The notes beneath the pieces are model-generated. The model was given only the letters and a program-made list of their open reading frames with translations, was not told where the DNA came from and searched no databases. Of a DNA stretch of 64,000 nt, positions 1 to 9,189 are shown one piece after another (within the stretch, counting starts at the first letter, position 1; the number at the start of each line of letters is the position of its first letter). The DNA lies in the IMG/VR virus record IMGVR_UViG_3300022752_000035, positions 1-64,000 of that record; one strand, 5' to 3'. Source of the stretch: a virus. The translations under genes were made by a program, and so were the position numbers.

Positions 1-402
1 GCTAAGAAAAGCAGCAACTTTTGCTGCTGTTGCAGAACGAAAATAGTTATCGCCAAATTTAGCCATAATATAAGTGATGCTATTAGTAGTACCATTATCA
101 ATGTTATCCGTTGAATTAAAATAGTTAGTAAAAACATAACCATTTCCATCTCGTAAAACTATGCTGTTAGCTGTACCAGCCGTTGCTGTGGCAGTTGTTG
201 CGCTATTGCTTACTTTACCCGCTGTGGATATTGTAGCTAATTTTGTGTCCGAGATTGAAGCGCTTGAATTAATATCTGCATTTACGATGCTATTGGTTAA
301 ACTAAGCTTACTATAAACTATTCCTGCGCTAGCAGCAATAGCATTGTTGTCTAAAGTAGTCCAAGTAGGCGCTGCTGTGGGCCCTTGACTAACAAGCACT
401 TG
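1..402. repeat. Near-identical DNA blocks shared among the three fibre genes
   Basis: 1-120 equals 3099-3218; 113-402 equals 1663-1952 with 2 mismatches; 1-63 also equals 1560-1622. Confidence 0.9.
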
Positions 403-792
403 GTTGGCATTACCATAATTTGGACTAGACCCTATTCCTAAAGCTCCGTTACTATTTATAGTAAATTTCTTATTATTGAATCCAATATTAAAAGATAAAG
501 ATAAGTTCCTATTTTCTTTAATAAAAATATCATTTGTTTCAGCATGAATATTAAATGCGTCAACACTATCAACTTGCAAATTAAGTTCTGGATATCCAGA
601 AGCATTAATAGGTTTAATATTAAATGTTTTTGTTGAATTTCCTCCAGCCATAGTTGGAGAATCTGTTCCAAAATCAATCTTAGAATTTAATCCAAAATTA
701 TTAATATCAAATAAAAATGAATTAACATTGCCAGCAGATAAAATAAGATCTGAATTACTAAAAATCCCTTGAGCTTGAATAAGTTTACTCAT
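1..792 (-). CDS. Tail fibre-like protein, paralogue 3 (runs off the left edge; absent from the ORF track)
   Basis: ATG at 792 overlaps the stop of the neighbouring gene. Hand translation MSKLIQAQGIFSNSDL...GALGIGSSPNYGNANQVLVSQGPTAAPTWTTLDNN continues into blocks near-identical to the two adjacent paralogues. Confidence 0.8.
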   Translation of the reverse strand, partial: MSKLIQAQGIFSNSDLILSAGNVNSFLFDINNFGLNSKIDFGTDSPTMAGGNSTKTFNIKPINASGYPELNLQVDSVDAFNIHAETNDIFIKENRNLSLSFNIGFNNKKFTINSNGALGIGSSPNYGNANQVLVSQGPTAAPTWTTLDNNAIAASAGIVYSKLSLTNSIVNADINSSASISDTKLATISTAGKVSNSATTATATAGTANSIVLRDGNGYVFTNYFNSTDNIDNGTTNSITYIMAKFGDNYFRSATAAKVAAFLS

Positions 793-2339
793 TAAAAAAT
801 TCCTATTGATACATTAGCGCTTTGCTGCTCTCCCATCGCACCATGCCAATTTCCGCAAGCTACTGTGGTAAATTGAGCGCTAGTAGAACTTGTACTCATA
901 CAAAGAGCTAATGCATGAGCCCAATAAAATCCACCTGAATTACCTACCCAACAGTAATTACTAGTTCCTAAATTTTCTGCAAAATTCAACGTAAATCTTA
1001 CAGTATTAGTTGGTCCACATGTCACACTACTTATATTAAAACTTGTCGTTAATGTAACATTACCTCCTACAGCGATTCCATATGTTCCTCCAAACATCAC
1101 ATAGGCTTTAAATATTCTTCCTTTCATATTATTATCTAAAGTAGATACTGTGATTGAGCCATTATTTGGAGTACTAGTATCAGAGACATCAGCATATGCT
1201 ACTCTAGTAGATGGAGTAGTATGATTACTAGTTATGTACCAATAACTTCCATCCCAATTATTAGCAAGATAATAATCATCAGGGTGAGATGCTGAATAAA
1301 AATATCTTCGAAGATAAGCTGGATTATAAGTTCTCAAATATAAATCACTACTACTATTACTTCCCCAAACTCTTGATGGTGCGCTAGCATTATTTTCATC
1401 TCCATTGCTACTATTCATAACCCAAGCTTGTATATATCCATTAGCATCTGTTCTGACAATTTTATTTGCTTCATTTCCTCTTCCATTCGCGCCTACATTA
1501 GACCAAATACTTAATCCACTAACTGTTGTAGCATTTCCTGATATATCCATGCTTTGACCGCTAAGAAAAGCAGCAACTTTTGCTGCTGTTGCAGAACGAA
1601 AATAGTTATCGCCAAATTTAGCTATTAGATATGTTATTGTGCCTGAAGATACATCGTCAGCAGAATTAAAATAGTTAGTAGAAATATAACCATTTCCATC
1701 TCGTAAAACTATGCTGTTAGCTGTACCAGCCGTTGCTGTGGCAGTTGTTGCGCTATTGCTTACTTTACCCGCTGTGGATATTGTAGCTAATTTTGTGTCC
1801 GAGATTGAAGCGCTTGAATTAATATCTGCATTTACGATGCTATTGGTTAAACTAAGCTTACTATAAACTATTCCTGCGCTAGCAGCAATAGCATTGTTGT
1901 CTAAAGTAGTCCAAGTAGGCGCTGCTGTGGGCCCTTGACTAACAAGCACTTGATTAGCTGTGCCAAAACTAGCAGATGTAGATCCTGATATATCGGTCCA
2001 TGCTCCACCAATTCCTAATGCTCCTTCTGAATTAATAGAAAATCTTTTTAGAGCATTTGTGCCAAATCTAATATGTCCATTTTCAGTACTTATTATTGAA
2101 CCAGTATTATTTGAAGTAATTCTTGCGTTAGAAGTACTATTATTATATAAAGCAAAAATTGATCCAGTTTTTGATAAAGGTGAATTAATATTCAATATTG
2201 TGCTATTACTTATTAATTTAATACCATTTAATCCTAAATTTCCTGAATTATCTATAGTAGCAAAAATAGAATTATTTGCTCCTAAATATAAATTTTGAGC
2301 ATCTGTTCCTAAGCTTTGTGTTTCTAATAATAATGACAT
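792..2339 (-). CDS. Tail fibre-like protein, paralogue 2
   Basis: 515 aa, S/T/N/G-rich, with RFSINSEGALGIG and IVLRDGNG fibre-like repeats and a variable C-terminal domain. Confidence 0.7.
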   Translation of the reverse strand: MSLLLETQSLGTDAQNLYLGANNSIFATIDNSGNLGLNGIKLISNSTILNINSPLSKTGSIFALYNNSTSNARITSNNTGSIISTENGHIRFGTNALKRFSINSEGALGIGGAWTDISGSTSASFGTANQVLVSQGPTAAPTWTTLDNNAIAASAGIVYSKLSLTNSIVNADINSSASISDTKLATISTAGKVSNSATTATATAGTANSIVLRDGNGYISTNYFNSADDVSSGTITYLIAKFGDNYFRSATAAKVAAFLSGQSMDISGNATTVSGLSIWSNVGANGRGNEANKIVRTDANGYIQAWVMNSSNGDENNASAPSRVWGSNSSSDLYLRTYNPAYLRRYFYSASHPDDYYLANNWDGSYWYITSNHTTPSTRVAYADVSDTSTPNNGSITVSTLDNNMKGRIFKAYVMFGGTYGIAVGGNVTLTTSFNISSVTCGPTNTVRFTLNFAENLGTSNYCWVGNSGGFYWAHALALCMSTSSTSAQFTTVACGNWHGAMGEQQSANVSIGIF

Positions 2340-2342
2340 ATA

Positions 2343-3875
2343 TTAATATATAATAACTGACATGCCAGGATATGCACTACTTGCAAATCCTGGATTTGTA
2401 GAAGAAGTCGTACCCCATCCGCCACTTGCTAAAGTAGATTTAATTGTAACAGAAGTAGCTGTCATGTTATAGCAACTACAAGCTAACCAATAGCTTGCAT
2501 TTCTAGAATTGCAAGCTGCGACAAAATAACGAGTTGTTCCTCTATTTGGAAAATTAACATTAAATTGAGAGGTCCCGTTATCTGTAACAGAGCTTATATT
2601 ATAAGATGCTCCAATATTCAGAGCATTAGCGGTTGTAGGAGTAATTCTTACCCAAGCATATGCAAATTTATTATTTAATCTTTGAAAATTTCCACTTGAA
2701 CTAAAAGAACCGCTTGAAACAGAACCTGTTCCTATAACTCCTGTAGATCCTGCATTATCAGCTTTAGCAACTCTAACTGAAGTACCATCGCTGCAAGTTA
2801 TACTCCAGTAACTTCCGTCCCAATTATTAACAAGATATGCATTATTACTTGTATAAAATCTACCATTCACATAAGATGTTTTATATGTTCTTAGATAAGA
2901 ATCGCTTCCATTTGTACACCATAAATAGCTTGGGAAAGTTGTTAAATTTTCATTACCATCACTACTATTAATATATCCTAATTGAAGATATCCATTAGCA
3001 TCTGTTCTAACGATTCTATTCGTCTCATTGTTTCTTCCTGCATGAACAGCTAGTCCGCCAGCAGTTGTAGCATTTCCTGATATATCCATGCTTTGACCGC
3101 TAAGAAAAGCAGCAACTTTTGCTGCTGTTGCAGAACGAAAATAGTTATCGCCAAATTTAGCCATAATATAAGTGATGCTATTAGTAGTACCATTATCAAT
3201 GTTATCCGTTGAATTAAAGTATCTATTAAAAATATACCCACCTGAATTTCTTAAAACTATAGTGTTTGGAGAAAGTGTTATTCCATCTGTTACGGTTGCA
3301 GTTGTTGCGCTATTGCTTACTTTACCCGCTGTGGATATTGTAGCTAATTTTGTGTCCGAGATTGAAGCGCTTGAACTGATATCTGAGTCTAATATGCTAT
3401 TGTTTAGACTAAGTTTTGAATATGCTATAGCTGCAGTAGCTGAAATAGCAGAATTATTTAATGTACTCCAAGTAGGTGCCAAAGTTGATCCTTGACTTGT
3501 GAAGGCTTGATTAGTAGTTCCATAATTAGAAGATATTCCAACGCCCAAACTTCCAGCGCTTCCTATACTTAATCTTCTTACATTATTAGTAAAAAAATGT
3601 ATAGAGCTAGATAATGGAGCATAAAAATCAAAAAATGATTGATTTGAACCTACTCTTAAACGAAATGTATTTGTATTATTATATTGTTGAAAATTTAAAA
3701 TATTATTTTTATCTAAGCTGTCAAAACTAAATACTGTATAATTTGAAATGCTAGAAACTCGATTTATACCTATATCACCACCAGTGTTTATCTTGAAAAA
3801 TGAATTATAAGAATTAGAGAAGAGGTCTAAACTAGTTGAGCTTATTATACCATCAGCTTTAACAATATTAGGCAT
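2343..3875 (-). CDS. Tail fibre-like protein, paralogue 1
   Basis: 510 aa, shares its central core (ISDTKLATISTAGKVSNSATTAT; AKFGDNYFRSATAAKVAAFLSGQSMDISGNATT) with paralogue 2. GTGTAA motif 8 nt upstream. Confidence 0.7.
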   Translation of the reverse strand: MPNIVKADGIISSTSLDLFSNSYNSFFKINTGGDIGINRVSSISNYTVFSFDSLDKNNILNFQQYNNTNTFRLRVGSNQSFFDFYAPLSSSIHFFTNNVRRLSIGSAGSLGVGISSNYGTTNQAFTSQGSTLAPTWSTLNNSAISATAAIAYSKLSLNNSILDSDISSSASISDTKLATISTAGKVSNSATTATVTDGITLSPNTIVLRNSGGYIFNRYFNSTDNIDNGTTNSITYIMAKFGDNYFRSATAAKVAAFLSGQSMDISGNATTAGGLAVHAGRNNETNRIVRTDANGYLQLGYINSSDGNENLTTFPSYLWCTNGSDSYLRTYKTSYVNGRFYTSNNAYLVNNWDGSYWSITCSDGTSVRVAKADNAGSTGVIGTGSVSSGSFSSSGNFQRLNNKFAYAWVRITPTTANALNIGASYNISSVTDNGTSQFNVNFPNRGTTRYFVAACNSRNASYWLACSCYNMTATSVTIKSTLASGGWGTTSSTNPGFASSAYPGMSVIIY

Positions 3876-4010
3876 AAATAATATTACACATTATTAATTA
3901 AATAAATTAAAATACACTTTAAAACTAGAAATAAAAAAATATTCACAATAAAGAGATTTTTTGCTTTTATAATAATTAAGAATGATGTAATATAAAATTT
4001 AGTCTCAAGC

Positions 4011-6272
4011 ATGAATAAAAATATTTTAATTAAAAAGCGCTGTGGAAATTCTGAAAAATTTGATATAGAAAAAATTCATAAAGTAATAAACTGGGCGATA
4101 AAAGACATCTCTGGCGTAAGCTTAACTGATATAGAAATCAATGCTAAAATTAATTTGCATGAAGGTATATCATCAAAAGAAATACATAAACTACTAATAG
4201 AAAGTGCGGCTAATCTTATATCTATATCTAGTCCAAACTATCAATATGTAGCAAGTAGATTATTAAATTATCAATTAAGAAAAGAAGTATGGAAAGGCAA
4301 ACATGCTCCAAGATTAATAGAATTTATACAAAACTCTATAAAAAATAAAGTTTATGATCCAATTATTTTAGAAAAATATACTGAAGATGAGATTAATAAA
4401 ATTGGAGAATTTATAGATCATGATAGAGATTATAGCTTTACATATGCTGGAATAAAACAATTATGTGATAAATATTTAATTAAAAATAGAACTAATGGTA
4501 ATATATTTGAAACACCACAATTTGCTTATGTATTAATAGCTGCTTATGCATTTATTAACTATCCAGTTGAAACAAGGTTATCATATGTAAGAAAATTCTA
4601 TGATGCTATAAGTAAGCATAAAATTAATTTACCAACACCAGTAATGGCAGGAGTTAGAACTTCTAGCAGAAACTTTGCTAGTTGTTGCCTTATTGGAGTA
4701 GATGATACTCGTGAAAGTATTACTGCTAGTGCTACTGCTGTTAGTATGGCTACTGCTAATAGATGCGGTATTGGAATAGATGTTTCTAAAATTCGTGCAT
4801 TAGGTTCGCCTATTAAAAATGGTGAAGTAGTTCATACAGGGTTAATTCCATTCTTAAAGATTTATGAGAGTAGCGTTAAAGCATGGCAACAAAATGGATT
4901 AAGAGGCGGTAGTGCTACTTGTAATATTCAATGGTGGCACTATGAGATTGAAGATATTGTTGTATTAAAAAATAATGCTGGAACAGATGACAACCGAGTT
5001 CGCAAACTTGATTATACTGTTGGCATGAGTAAACTATTCTATGATAGAGTTTTAAAAGATGAAGATATCACTTTGTTTAATAACGCAGAAGTTCCAGAAT
5101 TATTTGAAGCATGGGGAACAAAAGATTTTGATAAAGTCTACAAAGAATGTGAAACTAAAAAATTAAAAATTAAAAAGAAAATATCTGCTAGGAAACTCTT
5201 TTCTCTTATAATTAAAGAGCGAGTTGAAACTGGTAGAATTTATATTCTTAATGTAGATCATGCTAATAATCATGGCGCATGGCTAGATAAAGTAACAATG
5301 AGTAATCTTTGCACAGAAGTCATTCATCCTACTATTCCATTAAATGATTATCACGATAAAGAAGGCGAAATTGGTATGTGTATTCTTTCGGCAGTAAATA
5401 TGTTAGAAATTAAAAACTGGCAAGATCTTGAAAAGACTTGCGATCTTATCGTAAGATTTCTTGATGAAATCATTGAACTTCAAGATTACTTTAATATTGC
5501 TGCTGAAAATTTTGCTAAAAAGCGCAGAAGTCTTGGAGTTGGAATAACTAACCTTGCTGCATTCTTTGCTAAAAATGAATTAAAATATAATTCAGACAAG
5601 TGCCTTCCAGTATTAGACGAATGGATGGAGCATTTTCAATATTATCTTTTAAAATCAAGTTTAGAATTAGCTAAAGAAAAAGGCAAGTGCGAAAAGTTTG
5701 ACAGAACAAAGTACTCAAAAGGAATTCTTCCTATTGATACCTATAAAGATAAAGTAGATGAGATTTGCAAAAGAAAATTATCACTTGATTGGGAAAAATT
5801 AAGAAAAGATATCAAAGAGCATGGATTAAGACATTCAACGCTGTCTTCTTGCATGCCTTGTGAAAGTAGTTCTGTAATTCAATCTTCTACTAATGGTGTT
5901 GAGCCAATTCGTAGTCTAATTACTTATAAAATGAGTAAAATGGGCAAACTACCAGTATTAGTTCCAGGAGTAGGAAAGTATGAAGGCAATTACGAATTAG
6001 CTTATGATTTTAAAGATAATTCTGGTTTACTAAAAGTTAATGCAGTTATTCAAAAATATATTGACATGGCCATATCAACTAATGTATACTATAACTATTC
6101 TCATTATGAAAATAATATATTACCAGATGCAAAAGTAATGAAAGAAATAATGCTTGCATATTCTTTAGGACTAATCAGTATGTATTATAATAACACAGAT
6201 GACGGAGACAAAGAGCAATTGATGAATCAAAAAGAAGACAAAGACTGCTCTTCTGGTGCGTGTAAATTGTAA
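4011..6272 (+). CDS. nrdA: Ribonucleotide reductase class I alpha subunit with N-terminal ATP cone
   Basis: ATP cone (IKKRCGNSEKFDIEKI), PTPVMAG, ASCCL, SNLCTE catalytic motif, C-terminal CSSGACKL. Confidence 0.97.
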   Translation: MNKNILIKKRCGNSEKFDIEKIHKVINWAIKDISGVSLTDIEINAKINLHEGISSKEIHKLLIESAANLISISSPNYQYVASRLLNYQLRKEVWKGKHAPRLIEFIQNSIKNKVYDPIILEKYTEDEINKIGEFIDHDRDYSFTYAGIKQLCDKYLIKNRTNGNIFETPQFAYVLIAAYAFINYPVETRLSYVRKFYDAISKHKINLPTPVMAGVRTSSRNFASCCLIGVDDTRESITASATAVSMATANRCGIGIDVSKIRALGSPIKNGEVVHTGLIPFLKIYESSVKAWQQNGLRGGSATCNIQWWHYEIEDIVVLKNNAGTDDNRVRKLDYTVGMSKLFYDRVLKDEDITLFNNAEVPELFEAWGTKDFDKVYKECETKKLKIKKKISARKLFSLIIKERVETGRIYILNVDHANNHGAWLDKVTMSNLCTEVIHPTIPLNDYHDKEGEIGMCILSAVNMLEIKNWQDLEKTCDLIVRFLDEIIELQDYFNIAAENFAKKRRSLGVGITNLAAFFAKNELKYNSDKCLPVLDEWMEHFQYYLLKSSLELAKEKGKCEKFDRTKYSKGILPIDTYKDKVDEICKRKLSLDWEKLRKDIKEHGLRHSTLSSCMPCESSSVIQSSTNGVEPIRSLITYKMSKMGKLPVLVPGVGKYEGNYELAYDFKDNSGLLKVNAVIQKYIDMAISTNVYYNYSHYENNILPDAKVMKEIMLAYSLGLISMYYNNTDDGDKEQLMNQKEDKDCSSGACKL

Positions 6273-6275
6273 TCT

Positions 6276-7340
6276 ATGAAAAGCGTTTTAAATTTAAAAA
6301 ATATAGATTATACTAAACAACCGCTTTTCTTTGGCGAAGATTTAAATCTTCAAAGATATGATAAGTTTAAATATCCTATCTTTTTTGAATTATTTAAAAA
6401 ACAAGAAGAATTTTTCTGGTGGCCACATGAAATAGCTTTAAATAAAGATAGAAGCGATTATAAAGATCTTGCTGGTCAAGAAAGATTTGTATTTGATACT
6501 AATCTTAAATTTCAAACTCTTGGAGATAGTATGCTTTCAAGAAGTATACATTCATTAAAAGATTATGTAAGTAATCCAGAGTTAGAGATATGCATGAATA
6601 CTTGGCAAAGATTTGAAGGTATTCATAGTTATTCTTACTCATATTTATTGAATAATGTTCATCCAGATGCAAGCAAGTTTTTTGATAGTATTATGGAGGA
6701 CAAAGAGATTACCTCAAGAGCAGAATTAATTCGCAATAATTTTGATAAAATTCTTGGAGATGATGATAAAAAAGATCTTAAACAAAAGATTTTTGATTGT
6801 ATCCTATCTGTCAATGTCATGGAAGGTCTTGTATTCTATGTAAGTTTTGCTTGTTCTTTTTATTTTGGATATAGAGGTAAAATGGAAGGTAATGCTAAGA
6901 TTATAAAATTTATTCAAAGAGATGAAGCATTACATTTTGCTACAACTCAAAATTTAATTAAGATATTAAAAGAAGAAGATAAAGAAGGATTTACTTCTAT
7001 CGTAAAAAAAAGTGAAGATAAAATATATGCATTTTATGAACAAGCTGCCAAGAATGAAATAGAGTGGGCAGAGTATATCTTTAAGAATGGATCATTACTT
7101 GGATTAAATGCTGAGGTATTAGGAGGATACTCTAAATGGTTGTGCGATGCAAGATTACGCAGTCTTGGGTATAAAAAAATATTTAATCAAAAAGATAATC
7201 CTATATCTGGCTGGCTTGATAGTTATCTTGATAGTAGTAAAGTACAAGTTGCTCCTCAAGAAACAGAGATTTCTACCTATAAAATAGGAGCAAGAAAAAC
7301 TGATATCTCTGATGATGATTTTGGTGATTTAAAGCTATAA
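6276..7340 (+). CDS. nrdB: Ribonucleotide reductase class I beta subunit
   Basis: FWWPHEI, EGIHSYSY, EGLVFYVSF, RDEALH, QVAPQETEISTY motifs; directly follows nrdA. Confidence 0.97.
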   Translation: MKSVLNLKNIDYTKQPLFFGEDLNLQRYDKFKYPIFFELFKKQEEFFWWPHEIALNKDRSDYKDLAGQERFVFDTNLKFQTLGDSMLSRSIHSLKDYVSNPELEICMNTWQRFEGIHSYSYSYLLNNVHPDASKFFDSIMEDKEITSRAELIRNNFDKILGDDDKKDLKQKIFDCILSVNVMEGLVFYVSFACSFYFGYRGKMEGNAKIIKFIQRDEALHFATTQNLIKILKEEDKEGFTSIVKKSEDKIYAFYEQAAKNEIEWAEYIFKNGSLLGLNAEVLGGYSKWLCDARLRSLGYKKIFNQKDNPISGWLDSYLDSSKVQVAPQETEISTYKIGARKTDISDDDFGDLKL

Positions 7341-7369
7341 TATTTATCTTAAAAAGTGTAAATATTTAT

Positions 7370-7702
7370 GTGAATTTAGACATAAATATCTTATTTAATA
7401 TAGTTTTGGGAGCCCTCTCTTTTTTGGGAGGATGGCTATTTACTAGAGTATTTTCATTATTCGATAAACAAGAAAAATTAATGAAAGAATTAAATGACAA
7501 AACATTTAGCGATTTTATTACTCTAAGAAAAGAATTAGAAGCAGAGAGCAGAAGAAACGAACAAAATATAGCAGACTTAGCTTTAAAAGTAAGTACAACT
7601 TATGCTACAAAAGACACAGTAGAGAATGCTATGGAAAAGATTGAAAATAAACTTGATAGAAATTTTGATTTGATTCAGCAGTATTTTTTCGATAAAGATT
7701 AA
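7370..7702 (+). CDS. Small protein with N-terminal TM helix and coiled coil (possibly holin-like)
   Basis: Hydrophobic ILFNIVLGALSFLGGWLF, then charged helical region; GTGTAA 8 nt upstream. Confidence 0.55.
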   Translation: MNLDINILFNIVLGALSFLGGWLFTRVFSLFDKQEKLMKELNDKTFSDFITLRKELEAESRRNEQNIADLALKVSTTYATKDTVENAMEKIENKLDRNFDLIQQYFFDKD

Positions 7703-7721
7703 TTTAGTTGTAATACAATAA

Positions 7722-8243
7722 GTGATAGTAACTGATAAAGATATATCTTATCTTTCTAAAAAACTTAATCTATCTGAAGAGAAGGTCTTTTGTTTAATCG
7801 AAGATCCAGAAGCAGTAGAAAAAATATTAATAAAAGTGGCTCAAGAAGATTTGCATGGAGATAAAGTAGTTGATATTAGTTTTCCGCTATATACATGTTT
7901 ATGTATTTTAAAATATAGCGAAGATTTAAAGTATGATTTTAATGAAAAAGAATACATAAGTGATACTATAAGTAAAAAATATCCTGTTATAAGTAAAGAT
8001 AAGCTTGAAGAAGAATTTGTTTTAAATATAAAAAAGAATGAAGATACTGCTCAATATTTTACTGTATTCTTGGGATTTTTTCATAAAAAATTGGATAGAC
8101 CAAGAAGGTGCTATCCAGATCAAAAGATTTATTATACTATAGCTAAAGAAGGATATCAGAATTCAAATCGAGAGAATATAGCTTATCATTTAAATAATTG
8201 GATTAAAGTCTTAAGAAGAATCAATACTGAAATTTGGTTCTAA
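7722..8243 (+). CDS. Hypothetical helical protein
   Basis: 173 aa ORF; TTGTAA variant motif 8 nt upstream. Confidence 0.65.
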   Translation: MIVTDKDISYLSKKLNLSEEKVFCLIEDPEAVEKILIKVAQEDLHGDKVVDISFPLYTCLCILKYSEDLKYDFNEKEYISDTISKKYPVISKDKLEEEFVLNIKKNEDTAQYFTVFLGFFHKKLDRPRRCYPDQKIYYTIAKEGYQNSNRENIAYHLNNWIKVLRRINTEIWF

Positions 8244-8280
8244 ATCTTATCTTAATTATTATACTTTTCTTTAATATCCC

Positions 8281-8582
8281 ATAGAAGACTTTCCCTCATA
8301 TATTTTTTATTGAGGTTATATCTAGTATATAGTCCCTACTTTTCTTTTAACTCCCATTTTCCTCTTGCGAGGAAACAGACTACGGCATTTATAGAGGCGA
8401 GGTGGCTTACCTCATTTACATTGCCGTCCCTTACAGCCACACATTAATTCCCGAGCCATCTTATGCACAAGGGAAGTTTTCATAGTCGCAAGTCTTCACA
8501 GCGTTGCTATCTCTTGGGACTATATACTAAACAGTTTTCTATAAAACTATCAAAATTGCCTATAATTAGAAGGCTATGTCAA
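8281..8582 (-). ncRNA. Candidate novel structured ncRNA of about 300 nt
   Basis: ORF-free, locally GC-richer. 14-bp perfect inverted repeat 8323-8336/8516-8529 encloses several hairpins, including UUUCCUC-GCAA-GAGGAAA on the minus strand. Minus-strand promoter at 8617-8589. Confidence 0.55.
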
Positions 8583-8588
8583 TAGAGT

Positions 8589-8617
8589 ATAATACTATTT
8601 TTTTTGAAATTTGTCAA
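8589..8617 (-). promoter_or_regulatory. sigma70-type promoter facing the non-coding region
   Basis: TTGACA (8617-8612), 17 nt, TATTAT (8594-8589). Confidence 0.75.
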
Positions 8618-8640
8618 ATTTTTATTTAAATAAAAAAATA

Positions 8641-8676
8641 TTGCTATTTTTTTAAAAATGAAATATACTTGTGTAA
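8641..8676 (+). promoter_or_regulatory. tmRNA promoters: sigma70-type plus GTGTAA motif
   Basis: TTGCTA-N17-TATACT (8641-8669), then GTGTAA (8671-8676). Confidence 0.65.
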
Positions 8677-8700
8677 GTGATTTTATAGTTCTTTCTCATT

Positions 8701-9117
8701 GGGCCCGTACTGGTATCGATTTTAAAAATTGGAATTAGAATGCAAGTAGAGTTAAAGTGGACTCTTTAAACAACTTTAAAATACTTAACTGCCAAATCAG
8801 CTAAGTTAAAAGGTAGTTTCTCTTTGAGAGTTTCTCACAAGAAGGACTCCCTAATCGCAGCCTAAAATCTGCGACCTGTTATCTACGACACATCTACTAG
8901 AATAATGGGTATTTAGATGTATATCTTTAAATCCTTTTTATTTAATTTTTAAAGATATTATTTAGGGTGAATGTTACTAAGGTAATATTTATAATTAAAT
9001 GAATAGTTATAGCTCGATTGCTTATTCGACACTATAGCGAAATAACGGAATAAGCTAAACTTGTAGTATTCTAGTTTAACTTTTTAAAAGACAGAGGTTC
9101 AACTCCTCTCGGGTCCA
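8701..9117 (+). ncRNA. ssrA: tmRNA (transfer-messenger RNA)
   Basis: 5' GGGCCCG pairs with 3' CGGGUCC-A, giving the G3-U alanine determinant. GGTATCGA D-loop region, T-arm AGAGG-TTCAACT-CCTCT, resume context TAACT-GCC. Tag ORF 8791-8865 AKSAKLKGSFSLRVSHKKDSLIAA*. CCA not encoded. Confidence 0.95.
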
Positions 9118-9189
9118 AGCTATATCTCATAAAGGATATATATTATAATAAATAAATTAAATTTTTAATTTTGTGTAATTAAATAACTA

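Noticed and set aside
456-677. 73-aa minus-strand ORF in the track
   Set aside because: Alternative frame inside the real fibre gene 1-792.
1-3875. Diversity-generating retroelement TR/VR pair
   Set aside because: Repeats lie in the conserved middle of the genes, have almost no mismatches, and no reverse transcriptase is present in the window.
8281-8582. Retron msr-msd, RNase P RNA or CRISPR array as the identity of the structured region
   Set aside because: No reverse transcriptase in the window, no RNase P CR-I/CR-V signatures in the right order, and no spaced direct repeats.
9091-9117. Stand-alone tRNA
   Set aside because: The T-arm and acceptor belong to the tmRNA tRNA-like domain pairing with 8701-8707.
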